DNA from: a virus
Lineage: Duplodnaviria; Caudoviricetes
Reading direction: 5' to 3' (one strand)
Length of the DNA stretch: 64,000 nucleotides
Virus record (IMG/VR): IMGVR_UViG_3300030376_007544
Span: 32,001 to 96,000 of that record
In this document: positions 18,280 through 26,675 of the stretch, piece by piece
How the letters are laid out: each line of letters starts with the position of its first letter
How positions within the stretch are numbered: position 1 is the stretch's first letter
Program-made: the position numbers and the translations under genes
Notes under the pieces: model-generated
Databases searched by the model: none
What the model was told of the DNA's origin: nothing
What the model saw: the letters and a program-made list of their open reading frames with translations, nothing else

Positions 18280-18730
18280 TGTTTTCTTTCTATCTGATTG
18301 AGACTCTCTCAACCCGATAACTTAACTCTAACAGGGTTTGAGAAAAAACACAACCTTTTTTCAAAAAAAAATAAAATAATTTTTTCCTCTATTTTGTTAG
18401 GTATGCTTAACATCAAATGTTAGCTACGCCTAACACTTTTACTGGTCGAGTGGCCTGAAATTGAAAAATCAAGCTGACTTTGTGAAACTTTTCACAAACT
18501 ATCGAGGAGTTTGTCGATATTTGGCCTCAAAAAGTCCCGATTATATCGGGGGCCTCTGAGGTCGAAAACTCTACGGTCAGCTCACGGTCAGCTTGCCCGC
18601 CCACCCGTAAAGTCCCGTATATATCGGGGCTTAAAGACCTCGAAACTCGAACGGCCACTCAAAAGCTCGTATACCAGGCGAAATCCACCGCACTCATAAT
18701 GCGGTGGAAGCCTCCTTCGGTTAAGAAGTT

Positions 18731-19111
18731 TTACCGTCTTGGTTGTGTAACTTTGACGGAAGAAACTTCTTTGATGTTGATCGCTTTACCAACAAGATCG
18801 CTATCTAGCCACCCTGCTTCAACCGCACCGTCAATAAGTTTCATCTCACCGACTCGCTTGGTAACACGTTGGTGTTGCCCTTGCGGAAGAATCGCTTTCA
18901 GAACATCGTTGTCAATAGATCGTCTGTTTTGATTCACTATTGCAACTTTCGTTCCGTCTGCGAGGGTTACGCTTTCAACTTCTAACGCTCGGAAAGCAAG
19001 TTCTGCTTCCTCAACCGCTTCCCTTGCTTCTGCAAGAGCGCTCCGTGCTTCCACGACTCGCTGTGCGGTTAGTTCGCTGATCTTGCGATCATTCACTAAT
19101 AAAGTATCCAT
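18731..19111 (-). CDS. hypothetical protein, paralogue of 25023-25406
   Basis: Near-identical VESVTLADGTKVAIV...LPQGQHQRVTKRVG. Confidence 0.85.
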   Translation of the reverse strand: MDTLLVNDRKISELTAQRVVEARSALAEAREAVEEAELAFRALEVESVTLADGTKVAIVNQNRRSIDNDVLKAILPQGQHQRVTKRVGEMKLIDGAVEAGWLDSDLVGKAINIKEVSSVKVTQPRR

Positions 19112-19656
19112 GTCGGACCCTTTCTCTAATTCAGAAGCCTATCTGGGACTCTCACCCTGACTCTTCACCTAATGGCTAGACTCCTGTTTTCTTTGATATA
19201 TCCAGGTTACCATCGTTGTGAGACAAAACCACCCGGTTTTTCAAAAAAATTTCAAATAATTTTTTTCGTAACATAAATGACATATTTGTTAAGTTCGCCT
19301 AACAGGCCATGTTCACGCTTGCGAACAGATTATGTTAAGTGCACCTAACAAACGATGTTAAGCAGAGCTAACAAATAAAAAAATAAAAAAAATAAAAAAA
19401 ACTTGACAAAAGGTTGTTTTTGTGAAAGCAGCGTGCAGGTCAAAATCGAGGTCAGTATGTCCCGATTATTACGGGACTCTCTTCCTTCTATTAAGCCTCT
19501 ATGGTGTCCCTACCGCATGACCTGCAGCAGCGCTGACCAGTACCCGCCCAGGAAGAAGCCCTAGCAGGAAAATGAGTGAAACCTGCTAGGGCTTTCGGAC
19601 ATCGCATCAGTAGTTAGCAAAACTAGGTTACTAATCAGTAGTGCGATCCTCCGATT

Positions 19657-19794
19657 TTATGAGGAGAGATGTTTCGCTAGTTTGGGGTGCTCCCTTAGCG
19701 TCTTCTCTCTTACTTCACGCTCATGATGCCTGTGCATCGTTTTGGCGAGCGTAGCGTATAAGAGCGCTCCTATTATGTAAAGTGCTAATGTCAT
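19657..19794 (-). CDS. 45-aa membrane-anchored peptide
   Basis: MTLALYIIGALLYATLAK...; GAAAGG RBS; own promoter. Confidence 0.6.
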   Translation of the reverse strand: MTLALYIIGALLYATLAKTMHRHHEREVREKTLREHPKLAKHLSS

Positions 19795-20016
19795 TGTTTA
19801 CCTTTCGTTTTAACGACAAGTACCACCGTATCAAAGATTCAACTACATTGCAACACCGAAAAGCTAAAAAATTAAATAATTATTTTTACGCTAAATACTT
19901 GCAATTGTCTCACGGGCCCTGTAGCATGGAATGTATAAAGAAAAGCGAGTAGTCCGCCGTAAGGACTGGTTCGAGTGAAAGCCTCGAAGGACTGCTCCCA
20001 AGTAGAAAGGTAAAGC

Positions 20017-20352
20017 ATGAAACTAATCACTGCTGATCAACGTAAACGGCTTCTGGCAAACCACGAAGCCAATCTCGAAGGAGAAGGAGGGATCGACCAC
20101 AAACCTGTAGTGAAAATATTCACGGCAGGGGCAGGGGCGACATGGTTGCTTACAGAGATGGACGAAGATGGAATCTTCTTCGGCCTATGTGATCTTGGTC
20201 TGGGGTTTCCAGAACTAGGTTATGTCTCTCAAAGTGAATTTGATTCACTTCCTGCAAATATGTTCCTCGAACGTGATGCATGGTTTACGGCTACGAAAAC
20301 CCTTAGCGAGTACGCTTCGGAAGCCCGTGGCCTGCGACGAATCGCTGCTTAA
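20017..20352 (+). CDS. DUF2958-family protein
   Basis: PVVKIF...ATWLLTE...FGLCDLGLGFPELGYVS...ERD. Confidence 0.85.
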   Translation: MKLITADQRKRLLANHEANLEGEGGIDHKPVVKIFTAGAGATWLLTEMDEDGIFFGLCDLGLGFPELGYVSQSEFDSLPANMFLERDAWFTATKTLSEYASEARGLRRIAA

Positions 20353-20523
20353 TCGGATGCCTCCGGCCTTCTGGTCGGGGGTATTTCCCTGGGTGGCCAT
20401 AAATAAAAATCGACTACCCGTGAAGTCCCGATATAGTCGGGGCATCCTGACCTCGACCTGACCTGACCTGACCAACCAGGAAAAATCCCCCAACACTTTC
20501 GTGCTGAGGGATGAACCTACACG

Positions 20524-20658
20524 TTATCCGTGACAGAGATCATGCATGTGGCGGAGATCTTCGTCCCAATCCCACATCATCTCCATAAGGTCTTCCTTAC
20601 TCATGAGTGGTTCTGCTTCGACCCACTCTCCGTCTTCATTTCTGGTCCATTCAGTCAT
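20524..20658 (-). CDS. 44-aa acidic, Trp-rich peptide
   Basis: GGAG RBS; own promoter and terminator. Confidence 0.6.
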   Translation of the reverse strand: MTEWTRNEDGEWVEAEPLMSKEDLMEMMWDWDEDLRHMHDLCHG

Positions 20659-20992
20659 TTTATCTCCGATCTGAATCTACAAGCTTCCACTTTGAAGGCC
20701 TGATATATCCAGATTACCATGACCACTTCATAATTGCAACCCCAAATAAAAATTAATTAATATTTTTAGCAGCCGTTGAAAATAGCAGCCACTGAAAATG
20801 CAGCAGCAGGTCAGGTCGAGTGCAGGTCAGATCAAACACAGGTCAGGTCTGGTCAGGTCTGGTCACCCCGTAAAGCCCCGATTTATACGGGGCTAAATAA
20901 GTAAGACCACTCAGGATTTCTCCCCCTCACTCTAGGCCACCCGTAGGTGGCGAGGCCCGTTGGTCTACGGGGTGGTCTACTTACTTCGACAA

Positions 20993-21142
20993 TTAGACGA
21001 TTTCGATTTCGAATTCGCCGTTGTCGTACTTCTTGTCGCATCCGTTTCCTCGAAAGCTTCCACAGAAGACTAATCCTTCTTCGGTTGCTATCGCATCGAG
21101 TGACGAGCAGAAGATTCCACAATTATCACATTTTACTGGCAT
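20993..21142 (-). CDS. small Zn-finger protein
   Basis: CDNC...C...C; GAAAGGA RBS. Confidence 0.65.
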   Translation of the reverse strand: MPVKCDNCGIFCSSLDAIATEEGLVFCGSFRGNGCDKKYDNGEFEIEIV

Positions 21143-21392
21143 ACTGAATTCCTTTCGGTAGTTAATTATTTCAGTACTTCCAGGATACCACCGTTTGACC
21201 AGCATTGCAACATCAAATGCAAAAAAAAAGAATTTTAATTTCTTTGCAAAAACCGGGTGGTTTTGTCTCATAGTCGTGGTATCGTTCTATTTGTTGGTAA
21301 AGTACCGACATTACATACTAGCCGTAATTCTCGAATGAGTGGAAAGCCCCTGACAGTAGAAGCCTGTAGGTTCGAGTGGGAAAGGAATAGAA

Positions 21393-21761
21393 ATGTTTAC
21401 ACGAACAGATAGTGTTTGTATAGATATTAGTCAAGACGGACAAGTGCCTGTTCTAGGTTACGCTTATTCGTTCTCGAAAGCTCGTGACGAGTGGTTTGGC
21501 TACGTCGCTGTCAGAGAGGGTATGCTCTCTTCTGAAATGCGATACGTAGTTAAACAAATGCACCGTATCACGAAGTACGGAGAGGACGTATGGGAAGTAA
21601 TCGAAGGAACTACTGTCGAAGGTACCGATCCTGTAGAATCAGGAATACGGAACAACCGACAAAGTGCACTCGTTACACTGTCGAAATTGTCTTTAGATTT
21701 ATTTCGGGGTAACGACTATGTTGATTACGGAACCGTAATGAACATCCCACCACTTGGCTAA
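21393..21761 (+). CDS. hypothetical protein
   Basis: RBS, promoter and terminator. Confidence 0.7.
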   Translation: MFTRTDSVCIDISQDGQVPVLGYAYSFSKARDEWFGYVAVREGMLSSEMRYVVKQMHRITKYGEDVWEVIEGTTVEGTDPVESGIRNNRQSALVTLSKLSLDLFRGNDYVDYGTVMNIPPLG

Positions 21762-21977
21762 CCGAAGGGAATCCACCGAACTAAACACTCGGTGGATTTT
21801 GCCTGGTATGCGAGATTTTGTCAATTTCTGACCAGCAGGTCAGGTCATGCAGCAGGTCAGGTCAGGTCGAAGGTCGAGTAGTCCCGTATCTATCGGGACT
21901 CTTCTCCTTCTATTAGACTGCTATGGTGTCCCTATGGCGTACCTACGCTATGCAGCTCGCCCCAACCCCAACCAGGC

Positions 21978-22251
21978 GAAAAGCCCACCGAACTTCGGTG
22001 GATCGGTTCTTCACTCTCTACTTGCGAAGGGTATCTTGTTTGCCATTTAGGTTCGCCCTCCACCTTGCAAGGTTTTTGAGGAGTCCGCACCGTACCTTTC
22101 GGTTCTTTTGATGGTTTCCGTTTCCACTTCTGGTAGGTTTTTTGGTAAAAAGAACCTCTTTCCACGAAGTTCGGTGGGCCCTTAGTTGCAACCCAACCGA
22201 ATGGATATTCAGTTGTCAATTCGGGGTTTCCCCCTGCCACCCTTTCGGGCT
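21978..22251 (-). ncRNA. candidate structured ncRNA, about 275 nt
   Basis: TTGCTT-17-TAAGAT promoter; GNRA-capped stems; terminator; only an 11-codon ORF has an RBS. Confidence 0.55.
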
Positions 22252-22647
22252 ACGCCCATCTTAACATAAGGGTGAGACAAAAGCAACCTTTGTCCAACAA
22301 TTTCTTAAATAATTTTTTATTCCCAGTAGCGGCAAAATAGCGGCAAAATAGCAGCGAAAATCTGTCGTTTTTGAAAGTTTTTGACAAAAAACGGGAGACC
22401 AGCGGGCAGGCCAGTAGAAAATTTGGCAAAACTAATCAAAAATGACAGTTTTTGCTCAGCTCAGGCAGAGCTAAAAGGAGCAAAAGATGAAGGAGGTCAG
22501 GTCAAAGTTTACCTGAGGTCTAATAGCCCCGACTATATCGGGACCCGGTTAGGTATGCTTAACTCTTTTTGTTAGGTTGGCTTAACATCACTCTAAAAGG
22601 ACATGCAGAAACCCCGACCCTTTCGGGCCGGAGTTCGCTGCTGGGAT

Positions 22648-22866
22648 TTAGATGGGGAATTGTTCTCCGTATTGAAACTCTCGAACAACTATGACCATTT
22701 TTCCGCAACTATGGCAGTGATCATTTTCCCAATACTTAGAGCCACAAGAACATCGTGTACAACCTTCTTTGGCTATTCTGTTACCGAGTAGTTCATCTTG
22801 GGTAAACATTTGCAGTTGGCCCTCAAGTTCTACTCGTACTGTATCTTTTGTTAGTTCTTTTAACAT
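22648..22866 (-). CDS. small Zn-ribbon protein
   Basis: CSCGSKYWE...CHSC. Confidence 0.7.
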   Translation of the reverse strand: MLKELTKDTVRVELEGQLQMFTQDELLGNRIAKEGCTRCSCGSKYWENDHCHSCGKMVIVVREFQYGEQFPI

Positions 22867-22957
22867 CTTTTGTCTATTCCTAACTTCGCTCGGTACTTCC
22901 TTGCGATAACTCCATTATACACCGTCTACAGTAAATTGCAAGTCTTTAGGTAAGATT

Positions 22958-23488
22958 TTACAGAGTTAAGTTCTGTAGTTCTCCGTTATCCATCATCTCA
23001 AATAAGATCGTTAATGACTTACTTTGCCTCTCTTGAGTGTGTTTACCTTGATCTACTTTGAATGACCAGCGTGGGTCCTTCTTCGCTTCCTCTAAACCTT
23101 TGTTACTGAAAGGTTCACCAGTGTAGTGGTAGACGCTAGTAATTGTTGGTTTACGTTCTTTAGAACTCCAGAGCTCGTTTAGGCAGTCACATTCATGATC
23201 ACCAAACTCTCCTACTAATGCTCCGATATGCTCCAGATCACAAGTACTTAAAAGATCAGTCTGTACTACCAGATGATCTAATAGTTCACTTCCCTCAAAA
23301 ATGGTAAGAGAAGGAGACTCTGTAGACACAACTAAGTCTACTGCTGTAGCCATGTCTAGTTGGTCGTGGATAGGCATAACTTCTGCCCACTTGTATCCAT
23401 CTTCTTCGTGTATGTCAAGAACGAGAACAAGCGAGTCGCCATTGACGACCCGCAAGTCTCCTCTCGCTAAAGTTCTATTAGCACCCAT
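22958..23488 (-). CDS. hypothetical protein, possibly PemK-like fold
   Basis: RGDLR...LVLVL...VMPI pattern; GGAGG RBS. Confidence 0.55.
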   Translation of the reverse strand: MGANRTLARGDLRVVNGDSLVLVLDIHEEDGYKWAEVMPIHDQLDMATAVDLVVSTESPSLTIFEGSELLDHLVVQTDLLSTCDLEHIGALVGEFGDHECDCLNELWSSKERKPTITSVYHYTGEPFSNKGLEEAKKDPRWSFKVDQGKHTQERQSKSLTILFEMMDNGELQNLTL

Positions 23489-23586
23489 GTACGAGATTAC
23501 CTCCTATGAATGCAAACAGAAAGACTGCTACGGCAAGTATTATAGAGACACCTATGCGTCTCCTGAAGTAAATAGTATCCCAATCT

Positions 23587-23871
23587 TTATTCAAGGTCCT
23601 CACCTACTTCTATTGCTACTGCTTTAACCATCTGTCTGATTTCAGTTCTTCCATTAGTATGACTCCGCAGAACTGTCATAAAGGCTGTCTCTCTCATTTC
23701 CATGAGCGAGTCCTCTAGGAGTTCATTGTCATCATGTCCTTCATCAAGAGCCTCTTGATAAAGGATTTCTAAACCTTCTTCTACCATCTTGAGGGATTCC
23801 ATTACTAGGTAAAGACGATCACTAAATGGTAGTGCTTCGGTATCTGTTCGTTCTTGAAACTCAATACTCAT
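23587..23871 (-). CDS. acidic hypothetical protein
   Basis: Start overlaps the upstream stop. Confidence 0.7.
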   Translation of the reverse strand: MSIEFQERTDTEALPFSDRLYLVMESLKMVEEGLEILYQEALDEGHDDNELLEDSLMEMRETAFMTVLRSHTNGRTEIRQMVKAVAIEVGEDLE

Positions 23872-24056
23872 TACCAGTTCCCCTTTCTACAAGCCTTACG
23901 ACTTGCTTCTTTTTTACGATTAGTAAACTTGACTGCACGCTGTCTACGGCCTTCTTGCATGTGTGCCACTTTGGACTCATACGCTAATTTCCGTATTGAC
24001 TTGTGTATGTCATATGGTTCTAATTCTATTTTTAGCTTTTTCTTAGTTCTAGCCAT
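23871..24056 (-). CDS. small basic protein
   Basis: AAGGAG RBS; K/R-rich. Confidence 0.65.
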   Translation of the reverse strand: MARTKKKLKIELEPYDIHKSIRKLAYESKVAHMQEGRRQRAVKFTNRKKEASRKACRKGNW

Positions 24057-24140
24057 TTTGACTCCTTTTGTCTAGGCTGATTTGTTGTTAGTTTAAGGAT
24101 ACCAAAACCGGAGAGGCATTGCAACCTCTCCGGCATGATA

Positions 24141-24776
24141 TTATAGATTCGCTAATGCTCCTCTAGCGCTACTATGATGAGCAGACAATTCGCTAGTCTC
24201 ATCGTAGTGACACTCTCCGGCAAAGTACGCTTGCCCTCCCTCGAAGCACATACCTTCCTCTCGGAAAGATACGCTAATTTTTAGGGTAGGGAATTGTTTA
24301 GACACATGCTCCCAGAATGAATTACTTAATGGACTCCATGCCGTTTCAAAACGACCATCTATCTGTCCACGTTCATCATCGTAGTAAGAGTCCAGATGGG
24401 TTTCATAGTCTCCCCATTTGGTTCCCCAATTCTCGTCAGAGATTGCCCACGAGTACCAGTCACTGAAACCTGTTGTTTCTCTAGCCTCAATACCAGCAGC
24501 CCACTCTTCTGCATGAATCGCTTTTGCTTTATTGTACTTATCCATATTCCAATTTTCATTGGTTGGATTGTTCACCCATTCCATATACTTTCCATCTTCA
24601 TCAAATTGCTCTGATTTTGGACTTGGGGATTTAGTACCCTCAAGTATTTCTGGCATGGGCATGAGGTTTACGATACGAACGTCATCAGTTACCTGATCCC
24701 TGATCGCTTCCTCGAAACGTCTTACATCAGACGCTGGTCCTTCTACCTCTAGGTAGTTTTCGCAATGGTTCGGCAT
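24141..24776 (-). CDS. DUF1281/Api92-like ferredoxin-fold protein
   Basis: MPNHCEN, WYSW...NWGTKW, FETAWSP. Confidence 0.8.
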   Translation of the reverse strand: MPNHCENYLEVEGPASDVRRFEEAIRDQVTDDVRIVNLMPMPEILEGTKSPSPKSEQFDEDGKYMEWVNNPTNENWNMDKYNKAKAIHAEEWAAGIEARETTGFSDWYSWAISDENWGTKWGDYETHLDSYYDDERGQIDGRFETAWSPLSNSFWEHVSKQFPTLKISVSFREEGMCFEGGQAYFAGECHYDETSELSAHHSSARGALANL

Positions 24777-24777
24777 A

Positions 24778-24969
24778 TTAGCCTCTACTTTCTAGCAGAT
24801 CATCTGCCATGTCTCGGATACCTTGATAATCTGGTACCTCGTCACTGAAATGAATGTCATTAGGAACATTTAGCTCCGCTAACATACTTTCAATTTCTTC
24901 ATCTGGTAAAGTTTCCTCTACCTCTATTGTGTTTTTCATAAAGTCTCCTGACTTTGGTTTGTTTAACAT
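24778..24969 (-). CDS. small acidic protein
   Basis: Promoter upstream; packs against the next gene. Confidence 0.6.
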   Translation of the reverse strand: MLNKPKSGDFMKNTIEVEETLPDEEIESMLAELNVPNDIHFSDEVPDYQGIRDMADDLLESRG

Positions 24970-25022
24970 ATTACGAGTGTATCAGGCTAGGGAGTCTATT
25001 GCAACTCCCTAGCCCAAATAAC

Positions 25023-25406
25023 TTATCGCTTTGGTTGGGTAACTTTCAGCGATTGTACTTCTTTGACGGTGATTGCTTGGTTTACCAAGTCTCCATCTAA
25101 CCAACCTGCTTCGATTGCTCCGTCAATGAGTTTCATGTCACCGACTCGTTTGGTTACTCTTTGATGTTGTCCTTGTGGAAGAACATCTTTGAGAACCTCA
25201 TTGTCAATGCTTCGTCTATTTTGTGTGACGATTGCAACTTTGGTTCCGTCTGCAAGAGTTACAGATTCAACATCTAACGCTTTGAATTGCGCTTCTGCTT
25301 CTTCAACTGCATCTTTTGCATCTGCTAAAGCGGAACGAAGTTCAACAACTTTTTGGGCTGCTAACTCCTCTACTTTAGTTTGGTTAATAATTACTGTTGT
25401 ATTCAT
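25023..25406 (-). CDS. hypothetical protein, paralogue of 18731-19111
   Basis: Sequence near-identity; GGAGG RBS. Confidence 0.85.
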   Translation of the reverse strand: MNTTVIINQTKVEELAAQKVVELRSALADAKDAVEEAEAQFKALDVESVTLADGTKVAIVTQNRRSIDNEVLKDVLPQGQHQRVTKRVGDMKLIDGAIEAGWLDGDLVNQAITVKEVQSLKVTQPKR

Positions 25407-25660
25407 TTTAAGTCCTCCATGACTTATTAGTGTGTTTTCAACTTAACAGATCGTTTTCTTTCTGTCAAGTCTTTACCTAAGATTTTTCAAATAAATTTTA
25501 TTTGCTTCCTCATCGGTATATTCAATTTACCAGATGGGTGTGACAATGACAACCTCGAACACAATAAAATTAAATAATTATTTTTGGAATAATGACTTGA
25601 CAAGGTAAATCAGGCCTGCTACCATTACTGACGTAAACAACTATAACTCATGGAGGTACT

Positions 25661-25912
25661 ATGAGCGACACAATGCAAGACATTGAAACAAAATGGATAG
25701 AGCGAATCAGCAAGGAGCTTGTCGGTAAGACAATCACGAGTGTTGAGTATCTCTCTCCAAAAGAAGCAGAAGATAATTATTGGTACAAGCGACCAATCGC
25801 AATTACTTTTGATGATGGAACATGGATAATACCCATGTCAGATGACGAAGGAAATGACGGAGGTTCTCTTGCCACAAGCATAGAGGAACTTCAGATAATC
25901 CCAGTCCTCTAA
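25661..25912 (+). CDS. hypothetical phage protein
   Basis: LVGKTI...SDDEGNDGG motif; GGAGG RBS. Confidence 0.75.
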   Translation: MSDTMQDIETKWIERISKELVGKTITSVEYLSPKEAEDNYWYKRPIAITFDDGTWIIPMSDDEGNDGGSLATSIEELQIIPVL

Positions 25913-26191
25913 TTCCACCACAGTCCTGAACATGACTCAAAACTGTTCACCCAAAACCAGACATATATTTTCGGAGACAAAACCGAAACAAAAAAAAGAT
26001 AGGACTTCCCCTGCGCTTTGTTGAACTCCAGCAAACAGCAGCGAAAGCAGCAGCAGGTCAGGTCAGGCCAAATCTGGTCAAAATCAAAAGAAGGGTGAGA
26101 TAGTCCAGTTTCTTTCGGGACTTCCTTAGTGCTATATGAGCTCAATGGTGTCCCTATGGTATCCCTACGGTTGGCAAGACCAGCAACCAGG

Positions 26192-26633
26192 AAGAAACCC
26201 CACCCTAGTGTTTATAACTTTAGGTGAGGCTTTGCCTGACTTGAAGCGGTCTGATGAACCCACGAAAGCGCTTTCGTACTCACGAGCAGCCTTCAAGCCA
26301 AACGACGAAGTAGATCAACAGCACGCTTTCACGCCGTCACTCTCATCTTACAAAATAGTATCTTTACCGACTCGGAGTCTATATTTAGCATCCCATACTC
26401 TAAGTAACTATGGTGCTAATAGAAACCTTTTGGTTCTACTTCAATACTGGTAGTGACTCCAGTATCCGTTTTTTATTCTATTGTGTGTAACATACCGGAT
26501 ACAAATCGTTTGAGGTTGAATCAGGTCGCTAGGCTCCCATATAATCCAGACCAGCAAGGTCGAATATAGTTCCGATATGTTACCTGTAACTTTGGTGGGG
26601 TAGCCGCAGCGCCCCACCTCCTGTTACCGGATA
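26192..26633 (-). ncRNA. candidate ncRNA, about 440 nt
   Basis: TTGACA-17-TAATGT promoter; terminator plus CCTGG; no sense ORF of 60 aa or more. Confidence 0.45.
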
Positions 26634-26675
26634 TAAATACATTAGCAGACTCTTAAAGGTTTGTCAAGTCTTTTT

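Larger units (their letters stand above)
10872..22544. repeat. dispersed 19-bp palindrome GTCCCG-N7-CGGGRC, about 19 copies
   Basis: 10872, 11157, 11914, 12156, 12878, 13108, 13988, 14076, 14965, 15205, 15944, 17975 (half), 18534, 18612, 19459, 20425, 20875, 21881, 22526; degenerate copies at 26103 and ~34727. Confidence 0.9.

Noticed and set aside
22011-22251. tmRNA (ANK... tag-like peptide)
   Set aside because: No tRNA-Ala-like ends or T-arm/CCA; the peptide lacks an AA-type end and has its own ATG and RBS
8897-22586. parS sites
   Set aside because: The palindrome is GTTAR-N6-YTAAC, not TGTTTCACGTGAAACA, and no ParB is seen in the window
7740-23000. Alternative genetic code explaining the low coding density
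   Set aside because: Core genes translate intact in the standard code and use TAG, TGA and TAA stops; the gaps are filled with repeats and promoters
26251-26267. Hammerhead ribozyme (CTGATGA...GAAA)
   Set aside because: No stem II can form between CTGATGA and GAAA, and the transcribed strand appears to be the opposite one
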